Source: Rebecca billardiae RCC1528 (Eukaryota > Protista > Haptophyta). From it: 64,000 nt of DNA. This document shows positions 1 to 10,900 of the stretch, in pieces. Under the pieces are notes generated by a model. It saw nothing but the letters and a program-made list of their open reading frames with translations, did no database searches and was not told the origin of the DNA. The position numbers and the translations under genes were made by a program. Where the stretch lies: assembly GCA_965240325.2 (NCBI GenBank), contig OZ251237.1, positions 930,001 to 994,000 of the forward strand, in the 5' to 3' direction. Every line of letters begins with the position of its first letter. Positions within the stretch are counted from its first letter, which is position 1.

Positions 1-1765
1 GAGCATCATCGGCGCACCAGCCCGCACGCCGCCCGGTGGCGCGCCACACCATCGCGAAGTCGGGTCCGAAGTTCACCGCCACGTGCGCGTCCATGAAGAG
101 CGAGACCGCCGGGTAGTACCACTCGGAGGGGACGTCGGCGAACGCGACCCCTTGGAGCTCGCCGTTTTTATAGAAGCTGATGGAGCTGCCCTTGTTCGCC
201 GCGACTTTCTGGTCGAGGTCGACGATGAGGTAGTGCGAGTTCTTCAGCGTGAGCCGCGGGCGCTCCCTGCGCTCGCGCGCGCGCGCGCACGGGGCACGCG
301 CGGTCGGGACGCCGTGGGTGGGGTGAGGGGCCAGCTTGAGACGCGAGAGGAGTCGTGTGCCGAGATGCTGGCGCGCGCACACCGCACCGCCGCGGGTCGC
401 GGCAACGCGCGCGCGAGGCGAGAGCACGCGCGCGCACCGCGGCAGCGTGCTGCGCTGCGGCAGCGAGATGAGGCAGCCGATCACGTCGCCCGTGCCGAAC
501 CCCTCGCCGTACCGCTTCCCGCGGCTCTCGTGGAACGCGGTCCCGTGCTTGGAGCGATACCCATACGAATGCTCGTCGTACCCGGCCGGCGCGTCGGCTG
601 TCGAGAGCTCGGTCGCCCAGCCGAGCCGGCAGTGGCCGTCGGTCGGGCTCGCGCCGCCGACGTTCGACTCCATGCGCACCTCGTAGTACCACGCGCCCTC
701 GCCGCACGCGTGCGTCGCGCACACCGTGCGGTACCCCTTGTACCCCGTCGCCAGCAGGTAGCGCTCGTCGTCGGGCGCGCGGCCGAGCTTGAGCTGAGAC
801 GCCTTGTGCGCGCACGACAGCTGCACGTGGCTCGCGTCCTGGAGCACGTTGCCCATCTCGGTGCAGCGCACGAAGGGCACCATCTTGTGCCGCTCGGGCA
901 GCTCGTGCAGCTGCGGCTGCGGCTGCGCGGGCGGCGCGCGCTCGCGCTCCCGCGGCCGCTCCTGCCGCCGCGCACCGCCCGTGATGCTCACAGGCCGCCG
1001 CCGCTTGGAACCGACCGCCGCGCCGCCGCCCGATGCGCGCGCCGCCTTGGACGCCGCCTCGTCCTCGCCGGGATCGGCGGGCGGCGGCTTGCGCACGAGC
1101 GCCTGCGCCTTGGCGCTGAGCGCGGCCACGCGCGCGCACGTCTGCCGCGGCTTCTTCAGCGCGACGTGCGAGCGCTCGCGCACGTCGAAGACGTCCGACA
1201 CGTTGCCGTGCGTGACGAGCTTGAGCAGGTCCGCCTCGTTCACCTTCGACTTGTTGCGCCCGTGGCCGAGCGGCGTGTCGTCGAAGCGGTCGAGGATCCA
1301 CGGGACGAGCTCGTCGCGCACCGAGTGCATCCCGCCGCGCCCCTTCGTCCCCGGCGCCATCGGCTGCCCGCCCGACTGCGCGAGCGTGAGGTTGTAGAGA
1401 GCTGTCTCGACCATCCCGCGCCAGCTGAGCGCTTTGAACTCGAAGAACTCGGCGCCGCTCTCGGCGCACGACTTGCACACGAAGTCGTAGTTCCGCTGGC
1501 ACACGAACAGGCCCTTCGCCTCGGGCGCCGAGACGCACGCCGCGTGGCACCACTGCTCGCAGCCGCCGCACTGCGCGGCCGGCTCGGCGTATGGGTTGCA
1601 CCGCTCGGCGCACGTGCTGCACGGCGCCTCGTCGGCGGAGCCCGGCGCAGGCTCGGACGACGGCGCGCCAGGCGCCTCCCCGGCCGGCGAGGCCGCCTCG
1701 CGCGGCGCGTCAGGCGCGTCGCACGGCTCCTCCTTCGTGGCGGCGGGCGCGTGGTCCACCTCCAT
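1..1765 (-). CDS. ASH2L: Set1/COMPASS subunit ASH2-like (PHD-like + SPRY); 3' end runs off the window
   Basis: Manual translation from ATG 1765 (MEVDHAPAATKEE). It has a Cys/His PHD-like region (QCGGCEQWCHAACV...FVCKSC) and an ASH2-type SPRY (GYKGYRTVCATHACGEGAWYYEV...HCRLGW...PAGYDEHSYGYRSKHGTAFHESRGKRYGEGFGTGDVIGCLI...SISFYKNGELQGVAF...YYPAVSLF...NFGP). There is one in-frame 171-nt GT-AG intron at 267-437. The ORF track misses this gene because there is no stop inside the window. Confidence 0.88.
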   Translation of the reverse strand, partial: MEVDHAPAATKEEPCDAPDAPREAASPAGEAPGAPSSEPAPGSADEAPCSTCAERCNPYAEPAAQCGGCEQWCHAACVSAPEAKGLFVCQRNYDFVCKSCAESGAEFFEFKALSWRGMVETALYNLTLAQSGGQPMAPGTKGRGGMHSVRDELVPWILDRFDDTPLGHGRNKSKVNEADLLKLVTHGNVSDVFDVRERSHVALKKPRQTCARVAALSAKAQALVRKPPPADPGEDEAASKAARASGGGAAVGSKRRRPVSITGGARRQERPRERERAPPAQPQPQLHELPERHKMVPFVRCTEMGNVLQDASHVQLSCAHKASQLKLGRAPDDERYLLATGYKGYRTVCATHACGEGAWYYEVRMESNVGGASPTDGHCRLGWATELSTADAPAGYDEHSYGYRSKHGTAFHESRGKRYGEGFGTGDVIGCLISLPQRSTLPRCARVLSPRARVAATRGGAVCARQHLGTRLLSRLKLAPHPTHGVPTARAPCARARERRERPRLTLKNSHYLIVDLDQKVAANKGSSISFYKNGELQGVAFADVPSEWYYPAVSLFMDAHVAVNFGPDFAMVWRATGRRAGWCADDA

Positions 1766-2047
1766 GGCGTCGGTCGTGCGCACCGTTGCCCTTGCTTTGT
1801 TGTTGCCGCTTTCGCCAGTCTCAACTCTCAAGTCTCTGCGCTTTTTCCTGCTCAAGCTCCGTGTGACGGTACCTGTGTCCGGCGGCGGGGCCCACTGGCC
1901 CAGCCCCCGAGCTGTCCGGACTCCACCAGAGAGGCGCAGATGAGATCCGCGCCGGGTGGGGAGGCTGGACCAGGGTGGTGCCCGCCTTCCTGGGCGCGGG
2001 CAGGAAGGAAGGGGGCGCCACCTTGAGCAGCGCCTGTCGGCGCGCCC
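1766..2047. promoter_or_regulatory. Putative bidirectional promoter ASH2L / Orai-like (282 bp between ATGs)
   Basis: Head-to-head geometry only. Confidence 0.45.
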
Positions 2048-3868
2048 ATGCTCTTCGCGGACAAGGCGCACCTGCAGCGGCAGCTGGAGGTAGACCTCCT
2101 CAACCTCCGGCAGAAGGAGCTGCAGCACTTCACCACGTGCTGCCTCACGCTCTCGTCGCCGGCGGCGCTGATTGCAGGCTTTGCGTACACCGGCATCGCG
2201 GAGGTCAGCGTGGCCGAGGGGACGCACTGGGCGGTGGAGGCGTTGTACTATGCGCTCACTGTCACGGCGATGCTCCTACAGATCGCCGCGACCATCCGCT
2301 CGTCGCTCGTCGCGCTGATGGGCCCGGCGCTTGCCCTGCGCGGCAAGTCTGGCGCGATGCATCGCTCGGTGGAGGCGATGGAGCCGTGCTTCAAGGGCGC
2401 GTGGCAGTGCTTCATCGCTGGCATGTTCTTCTGGCTCATGTCCACGCTCGTCAACCTCTTCATCCAGTCGCAGCACTGGGGCATCGGCCTCTTTGTCGGC
2501 GTGATCATCATGGTCTCGACCGTGCTGATCTATCGCGACATTGCATTCATTTCGATGCGCTTCAACCTGCCGCTGCACCAGGTGGAGCGCGGCTCCTTCT
2601 CGCGGCAGGAGGTGGCGAGGATGTTCCGCAGGCGAGGCGAGTCGTCGCGTGGGCACGGCTCGCCCGGCACGCGGCGCGACCGCAACGCCTCGCCCTCCGC
2701 CTCCGCCACCGCAGACACGTCGAGCCACCTGATCCTCGCCGCGCAGACGCGGCCAAACGACTCGCAGCTCAAGTCGCTCACGCGGCAGAAGACGGTGATC
2801 ATCAGGGGGCGCGGGGAGAAGCGCACGAACGTGCTCAGCGCCAATCGGTGCGCCGGCGGCGGCACGGACGCGAGCCCGGCCCGCAGCAGCCCCGCCGCGT
2901 CCTCGTCGGAGCCGCACGGGCGCGGCGCGCGCGCGCGGCTCGACGGCGGGTTTGAGGAAAGCGAGTTCCAGCAGGCGAGGTGCGGCCCGGTGGGCTCGGC
3001 GGACGAGCGGCGGACGGTGACCTTCGAGGTCGACTCGAGCGAGCAGCCCGTCGCCTCGACCGTGCGCGGCGCCGACGGGGGCAGCTTTGGCCGCAAGGGC
3101 CGCGCCCCCAGGCCGGTGGGCGGCGGCGCCGTCACTGTCGGTGACGGCGGCTATCTCCCGTGCGTCTCGTCGGGGCGCGCCCACTCCGCGCCGCCTGAGG
3201 AGTCGGCGGCGGCGGGCGTGCGGCGGGGTCCCGCGGCGGGCTGGTCGGACCAGTCGGCCGTGATGGCGCCCGACGGGGACGCGCTCGTCAACGTCGTGCT
3301 CACCGTGCGCGAGGGCAAGCGCCTTCGGTGCGTGAGCCTCTGCGCGCGCGGACGCCGCGGCGCTCGCCGCGACCGGGCCGCGCGCCGCGCCCGAGCCAGG
3401 CAGCCGCGCTGCGCGCGGGCGACCCGTCGCGCGCGCGCCGGTTCTGATGCGCGGCCGGCCACCCCTGCGCGCGGCGCGCAGATGGCAGGTCCCGCCAAGC
3501 ACGACGATTGCCGAGCTGCACGAGCAGGCGGAGAAGCACTTTGGCATTGTGCGCCGCCGCACGGACGCCACCGCCACTGGAGCGGTCGTTGCGAGTGGCG
3601 CCGAGCTGACGCCTGCCCCCTGCGCGCGCGCGCGCGCGCGCGCGCGCGCTCGTGTGCCACACGCGCGCCGCAGGAGATTGCTTCGCTCATCGACGCGCAC
3701 GGCGCCACGTTTGCCAATCCGCACGAGGAGCCGGTGTTCCGGCACACGCGCTCGAGCGGGGAGGAGAAAGTCGCCTTCTTCGAGGTGCTGCCGCGCTCCG
3801 GGGCCACCTCGTCGTCGTCGTCGTCGTTTGCCCGCATGATGTGGGGCAACTTCCTCGGCCAAATCTAG
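2048..3868 (+). CDS. Orai/CRAC-channel-like 4-TM membrane protein with putative C-terminal ubiquitin-like domain (~513 aa)
   Basis: Four hydrophobic segments lie in the first ~165 aa. TM1 SSPAALIAGFAYTGIAEV aligns by eye with Orai1 SRTSALLSGFAMVAMVEV, including the selectivity Glu. Predicted introns are 3328-3481 and 3549-3673 (sum 279 nt, restoring the frame). The spliced tail reads VNVVLTVREGKRLRWQVPPSTTIAELHEQAEKHFGIEIASLIDAHGATF. Confidence 0.6.
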   Translation: MLFADKAHLQRQLEVDLLNLRQKELQHFTTCCLTLSSPAALIAGFAYTGIAEVSVAEGTHWAVEALYYALTVTAMLLQIAATIRSSLVALMGPALALRGKSGAMHRSVEAMEPCFKGAWQCFIAGMFFWLMSTLVNLFIQSQHWGIGLFVGVIIMVSTVLIYRDIAFISMRFNLPLHQVERGSFSRQEVARMFRRRGESSRGHGSPGTRRDRNASPSASATADTSSHLILAAQTRPNDSQLKSLTRQKTVIIRGRGEKRTNVLSANRCAGGGTDASPARSSPAASSSEPHGRGARARLDGGFEESEFQQARCGPVGSADERRTVTFEVDSSEQPVASTVRGADGGSFGRKGRAPRPVGGGAVTVGDGGYLPCVSSGRAHSAPPEESAAAGVRRGPAAGWSDQSAVMAPDGDALVNVVLTVREGKRLRCVSLCARGRRGARRDRAARRARARQPRCARATRRARAGSDARPATPARGAQMAGPAKHDDCRAARAGGEALWHCAPPHGRHRHWSGRCEWRRADACPLRARARARARSCATRAPQEIASLIDAHGATFANPHEEPVFRHTRSSGEEKVAFFEVLPRSGATSSSSSSFARMMWGNFLGQI

Positions 3869-4933
3869 CCAATGGTCTTTTTTAGCTGCGTGCAGCACCG
3901 TGCGCGCGGCGTGGCTCCTGGGACGCCGCGGCTGAGGGAGTACTCCGGGTCATCCGCGGTGCCTCGTAACTTACACACCGTTCGCAGGCGGCGCTGCCAC
4001 GTCGGTGGCCGGTCTGCGTGAGTCGGGCGAGCCGCAGTATGAGTATCGAACGCCCGCGACGCGCGGTCTCGTGGCACGAATCCGGCCCAGATCTGGCCGA
4101 TCAGTGACTGATCCGGTGATCCCCCGAAGTACGCCTGCCGTTAGCTTGTAAGACTAGCTGATAATGAAAGCAGTAAGCACTCGGTGTGACAGTAGCTAGA
4201 GCAGCGCTGCGAAGGCTTGAACCGTTCCAAGTGCGCGCCGCGGTTGCCCGTCGGTGCTGTCTCATCAGGACTCGGTCGCGCTCACAGTCCGGGACAGTGT
4301 GAGCGTCTGAGCGAGCAGTCCGCTTCCGGAGCCTGAGCAGCACCACCGGCTGCATCAAAGCTACTGCTCGAAGATAGTGTTGAAGCCCGTTGGGCGAATG
4401 TTCTGAACGACATAAATAAGTTCTCCAGGAGATTTTCGATCTCCGTTGCCTGAGGGAGACGATTGGTGCCATGGTCAAATGACGTTGATCAAAGTACCCA
4501 TGTCGTTCGGGGCATAGAATGGCATGCGAATGCGAAGCGCCACGATAGGCGCGTCGGAATTCTCCACTCATCGATGACTGACTGAGCCGGGTAGGCCTCA
4601 GTCAAACCTCGAATCATGCAACAACGCGAACAATTCATGCAATTATGGGACGCGCGCAGATAGGTCACTGCGAAGCGTTCTCAGCAGGAGATCGTTACTC
4701 GTACTGGCTCGGGGTATTCAAAGTAATCGATGATTGGTGCCCGCGGCTCATACCGCATCGGGTTGTAGCTGGGCCCATATGCATGCCGTCAAAAAGTGCG
4801 ATTAGAGAGGTTGACGGAACTATTCAACGGCTCGGGGAGGCGCGAACTCCCCTCCGCCTGCGAAACTTGGCTCGGCGACACGAGCGAAAACCAACCCGAC
4901 AACCCGACGCAAACCAACGCGAGAGCGTTTTTG

Positions 4934-7900
4934 ATGGGCGAGACCAAGGTGACACCCCTGCCGACGGAGGGCGGAGCGGAGGTCGACGAGGCGGCGAAGA
5001 GCGCCGACAGCCAAGACGAGTCCCCACGCGAGGTGGGCCGCAGCCGCATCGCCGCCGCCGCGCACGGCGCGGGCGCGCGCGCGCGCAAGCTCATCGACGT
5101 CGCGCTCACGCGCAACAACAAGGGGGACGACTCGGAGGACGAAGAGGAGGGCGTGGCGAAGAAGGGCCGCGCGCAGGACACAAAGAAAGTGAAGGGCATC
5201 CTCAAGACCGGCAACGACCATCGCCGCAAGGCGGGCGACCGCACGGTCAAGTGGCGGACGGTGCTCGCCGGCGAGGAGGCGACGCTGGACGACGAGCGCG
5301 CGCGTGAGCAGATCTTGACGGACGAGCGCGAGAAGCGCGAGCGGTTCAAGGCGATTGCTCGACTCGCGCGCATCCCCATATTCACGATGGAGGAGCTCAT
5401 GATCCCGCTCCGTCTCGCCTTCCCGCACGAGCTCGCGTACAGCAGCTTCGCGATCGTGATCGACGTGATCGGTGACCTCTTCGAGCTGTGCTGGATCGCC
5501 AAGACGATCATGGAGCAGCCGACGGGCGAGGAGCGGCGCAAGTTGATCGCGGAGGCGCAGGCGAGCGCGACGGGCGACGGCGATGCCGCCGTCGCCGGCC
5601 TCTACCTCGCCAAGCACGCCGTGCGCGACATCGGCACGACCTTTGCGCTGCACATCGCGCGCGCCGTCTACATCCTGACGGGCAACGACTGGATGTGGTC
5701 GCTCGTGCAGATCCTGCGCGCGGTGCGCGTGCGCGAGCTGGTCATGTACGTGCAGGAGATCAACACCGACTTGACCGTCAACGTCAAGTTCCTCGCCGCG
5801 TACAAGTTCTCCATCGTGATCATCTCCGTGCCCCACTGGGTGCGCGCGCATGCGCACGCACGACGAGCGTGCGCGCGCGCGCGCGAGTCTGCGTGCACGC
5901 GCGCGCGCGCCTGCGCCGAGCGAGGGTGCTGCTGCGCCCGGCGCGCGCTCTCTCACGCGCCGCGCGCGCGCCGCGCGCGCGCCGTACTTCCTCCACCACG
6001 CGCTACCGCTCGGCAGGTCGCCTGCTGCTGGTGGGCGCTCGGCGAACGCTGGTCCAACCAGCCGCTCGAGCTGCCCAACTGGCCGGCGCAGATCCCGCTG
6101 CTGACCGAGAACGCAGACCTCGACCCGGGGACCGCCAGCCTGTACCAGCAGTACCTGATGAGCCTGTACATGGCGTGGATGGGCCTCACGTCGATGGGCT
6201 ACGGCACGATCATCCTCACGGTGAAGGCCGAGGTGCTCTTCGCCGCGGTCGTCGCCGCGCTGCAGATGGTCTTCTACGCGTTCGTGCTCGGCACGCTCTT
6301 CCAGTACCTCGTGCGCACCGACCAGAGCACCGTGCACTACAACGAGCTGATGAAGGCGGTGGACGACTACGTCACCGAGCGCAAGCTGCCCAAGGAGCTC
6401 GCACTCCGCATCCGCGGGCACTACCAGTTCCAGCACCGCAAGCTCGCCGCGGGCTCCGACCTGATCAACGGGCAGATGCCGCTCTCGCTGCGCGTCGAGG
6501 TGGCGTCCTCGCAGCACATGCGGCAGATGGAGCAGACGTGGGTCTTCTGGTCGTGCAACCACCAGTTCCTCACGTACGTCACGCTGTACCTGCGCGAGCG
6601 GTACATGATGGTAAGCGCTCTCGTCGGCGTACGCGCCGTGCCGCACCGCGCCTGCCGCGCGGGCGCGCTGGGTTGCGCGCGCGGCGCGCACGCGCACGCG
6701 AGACTCGCGCATGTCGCCTTCTCAGCTGTCGGCGCTGCCGTGCCCTCCATCCCCGCCACCGGCGCCCCACCGCATCCGCCCACCTCCGCCGCCGACGCCG
6801 ATACCGTCGTCCACAGCCAAGCCAGGTGGCCTTCAAGCGCGGCGACGGCGCGGCCGAGCTCCTCTGGTGCGTCGGCGGCACGATGCACATGTGGCGCGGC
6901 GACACGCTCGTCTCCACCGTCCGCTCCGAGCTGGGCCCGGGCCAGGTGGTGGGCGAGGTCGCCTTCTTCATCGGCCTGCCGCACCCGTACACGGCGCTCG
7001 CGTCGTCCAAGGGCGAGGTGACGCTGAGCGTGCTCACCGCCACCACCTTCCTCGAGGTCATCGCCTCGTACCCCGAGCAGACCGACCTCATCCTGCAGAA
7101 CGTGCTGCGCAAGTACGGCCTCGACAAGCAGGGCGCCGACCTCGCGACCGGCGGCTTTGCCGAGCAGATGGACGAGGACGAGCTGCGCGAGTACGAGGCG
7201 CTGCGCACGTTGATCCGCACGGCGATCCTCGACCGGAACGAGGAGCTGTTCTCGCAGATGGCCATCGCGGTGCGCCACGGCGACGTCGAGACCGTGCGCC
7301 AGCTCATCGCCCGCGGCTTCGACATCCAGGCCTTCTCGCACGACAAGCGCACGCCGCTCCACCTCGCGTGCGTCGAGGGCCACAGCACGGTCGTCAAGCT
7401 GCTGTGCGAGCTCGGCGCGAACACGGCGGTGAAGGACCGCTTCGGCGCGTCGCCGTTCGAGAACGCGATGAAGGGGAAGCACTCGGCGGTCGCGGAGGAG
7501 CTCGTGAAGGCGGGCGCGCAGCTCATCCTCGACCTGCCGCACGCGTGGACGCACTCCGCCGCCAAGCAGGGCGACATGCCGATGATGACGATGCTCGTCG
7601 CGCACGGCGTGGCGCTCGACTCGAAGAACTACGACGGGCGCACCGCGCTGCACGTCGCCGCGACGGAGGGCAACCTGCGCGTGACGGAGTACCTCATCTC
7701 GAACATGTGCGACGTGCACGTGCGCGACCGCCACGGCCGCTCCGCGCTCGACGACGCCATCCTGCTCAACCACCACCTCGTCGCGCAGATGCTTGTCAAG
7801 GCGTCGGCGCGCGCCGAGGGCGAGCACATCGCCAACATGGTGCGGCAGGCGGCGACGCGGGGCGACGTCGAGCGGCTGCGCTTCCTCTTCACGGTGGGCG

Positions 7901-10900
7901 CGAAGGTCGACATGCCCGACTACGACGGGCGCACCCCGCTCCACTTCGCCGTCATGTCCGGCTCGATCTCGAGCGTGTACCTGCTGGTGAAGGCGATGGC
8001 GGACGTGAACCGCGAGGATCGGTGGAATCGGCCGCCGCTGATGGACGCGTTCAACGTCGACCTCAAGATCGCGAGCATCCTGATCTCGGCGGGGGCGACG
8101 GTGCCGGAGCGGTACATGGCGGACGAGAAGATCCAGCTCAAGATGCACAAGGCGAAGACCCTCAACCTCTACGAGGTCACGCGCGCGGTGACGAAGCTCG
8201 CGCACCTGCACGATCACCACGCGACCGAGCTCGTCGACAAGTCGCGCGAGGTCGAGATGTCGATCATGGAGCTCGCCAACGACCTGAGCAAGCTGCACCG
8301 GCACCAGCGCATCCTCTTCCGCTCGGTGGGCAAGTGGTCCGACTTCTGGATCAACGAGTACGGCGAGGAGCTCGACTCGGACACCGACTCCGACCCGGAC
8401 TCGGACGACGGCAAGGGCAAGGACGACGACTCGGACAGCGACGACGGCCGCGGCGCGCAGGCCGTGGGCGGCGCCGTGGACGGGCAGGGCGAGTCGACGG
8501 AGCAGCAGGACTCGCGCGCGGCGTCGAAGCAGTTCATCAAGCTCGTGCTGCAGCTGCCCTCCGCCGAGGCCGGCCTCATCGACATCCGCGACCGCTTCGC
8601 CGCCGTGCTCTCGTCCGAGCGGTTCTCGCAGCTCGAGGAGAAGGAGCGGCGCAAGGCGGAGGACAAGGAGCTGCTGCTCATGCTGCAGCACGTGTTCGAG
8701 CTCGACGCGGACAAGTCGAGCGAGGTGCTGCGCGACGTGTACGACGAGCTCAAGTCGATCCTCGGCGACTCGGCGCCGATGTCGCCCGCCGACATCGCCA
8801 AGATGGGCACGACCAAGCCGGGCCGCGCCGCGGCGGGCGCCGAGAGCACGGCCGCGGACGAGATGGAGGCGATGGCGCGGCAGCACGCGGCCAGCGGCAG
8901 CAACAACGGCTCGCTCTACGGCCGGCGGAACTCGAACACCGACGCGAAGGCGGCGGCGGCGGCGGTTCAGCGCCACGACTCGAAGGGCGGCAAGGACGGC
9001 TCCTTCTCCAAGGGCAACGGCTCGTTCAAGGAGACGCTGCGTCGCGGCTCGAAGACCGGCGCCGTGTTGATCGAGATGTCGCGACAGCTCAACGACCCCA
9101 AGGCGAGCGCGGAGCGCTCCGGTGAGGAGCGTGACGGGCCGCTGTTCCTCTCGGAGCTCGGCCACGTGGTGCTCTTCTGCTCGCGCCGCTTCATCGACCT
9201 GCTCGCCGAGCGCTACGGCATGCGGCGGCGGAAGAAGGCGCTGGCCAAGAGCGCCGCGGCCGCGATCGGCGCGGCCGAGCCTGGCTCGCCGCCCGCGCGC
9301 GCTTCCAAGGACAATGATCTCGCCGCCGAGGACGACGACACCACCGGCTCGCCCAAGCGCAAGAGCCGGTTCAGCGGCATGGCCGCGCGGCTGCGCACCA
9401 GCTTCAACGCCGACGAGCGCGGCAGCGGCGCGCTGCCCACGGCCGACGCTGCGGCGGGCGGCGACGGCTCGGGCTCGCCGCGCGAGTCCGACCCGGGCGC
9501 GGACGGCGTGGAGGCCGGCATCGTCGCCATCGAGGAGGCGTGCTTCGTGATCACGCGGCTCTTCCGCGTGTTCGACGCGTCGCGCACCGGGCAGATCCGC
9601 ATGCGCGACGTGCGCAAGCTGCAGGGCGAGCTCGGCGAGTTCGGCTCGGAGGAGATCAAGTCGCTGCTCACCTACCTGATGGCCGCGTCGCGCAACCTGA
9701 CCGCGCCGCCGGAGGAGGTCGCGGCCGTCGCCGAGGACGGCCAGCTCGTTGCCGACGCCGAGCCGATGGGCACGGTGGCGGGCCGTCGGCGCAGCACGTC
9801 GCGCGTGCTCGAGAACGGCGGCGCGAGCGGCACCAGCTCGCGCCGCACCACGCTCCAAGTCGGGCAGAAGGCCGAGGGCAACGCGGTCGACCTGGAGCTC
9901 GAAAAGCTCTTTGCCGCCGTCGCCGCGGACGCGGACGACGGCTCCGCCGACCGCAGGTCCTCCGACGACCGCAACGCCGCGGAGGCGGCGGAGAACACGG
10001 CCGCGGCCGACGCCGCCGACGCGGCCGCGGCCGAGGCTACCGGCGCCGACGCCGCCGGCGCTGCCAAGGACCCCAACAGCGTCAACGTCGCGCCGGCGCC
10101 GGAGGTGGGCGCGGAGGAGTCGGCGCCCGCGGAGGCGGCGGGCAGCGCGGCCGAGGCGGCGAGCGTGGCGGCGGACGAGAGCACGGCGGTCGTCGCGCAC
10201 ACCGCCGGCGAGGCCGAGGACGCGCCCCCCGCCGAGGCGCCGTCGAGCACGGTGGCGCCGAGCGGCCGCGCGATCCACGCGGGCAACGACCAGGTGCTGC
10301 AGCTGCGCTCCAAGGGGCGGAGCAACCGGCCGGCGCAGTCCATGTCCGAGTCTCAGTTCTTCATCGGCGTGTCCTCTTGGATTTTGCTCGCGGTCTCGGA
10401 GGACGCGGCGGCTGGGGCGGGCGCCGGCAGCAACGGCGTCTTCATCCCGAAGCTGCGCAAGGGCGACGTGCTGGCGGCGGGCAAGGTGATGTCCAAGGCG
10501 GCGCAGGCCAAGGCGAAGGCGGCGAAGGCGGAGGCGGCGCGCATCGCCGCCGCGGAGGCGTCGATTGTCGCCGAGCTCAACGCAGCGCTGGGCACCGCGA
10601 CTGCGTGCATGCTGCTCGCGGACAACCTCACGCTGCGCATCGAGACCGGCCGCATCGAGCCGGCGGACGAGGTCGACACGAACGTGCTGCTCGGCGCGGT
10701 GCAGCACGCGCTCGCGATCCCGATGGAGACGACGGCCGAGCACATCCGAGGCTGGGTCGAGCGCGAGCTCGAGCTGACGATCCCGCAGCGCGGGAGGCCC
10801 GTCGCGGACGCGCACGCCGGCGAGGAAGGCGCGGCCGTCGCGGAGGGCTCCGTCGCCAAGGGCCACGACGGCGAGGACGAGGACGACCCCAACGCCGCGT

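Noticed and set aside
83-2026. 647-aa plus-strand ORF and other overlapping ORFs over ASH2L
   Set aside because: Antisense or alternative-frame shadows caused by stop-codon scarcity at high GC. The real frame is on the minus strand from 1765.
3900-4930. Lower-GC stretch with ORFs 4101-4571 (-) and 4645-5307 (+); possible mobile-element relic
   Set aside because: No recognisable domain, terminal repeats or host-like codon bias; treated as intergenic.
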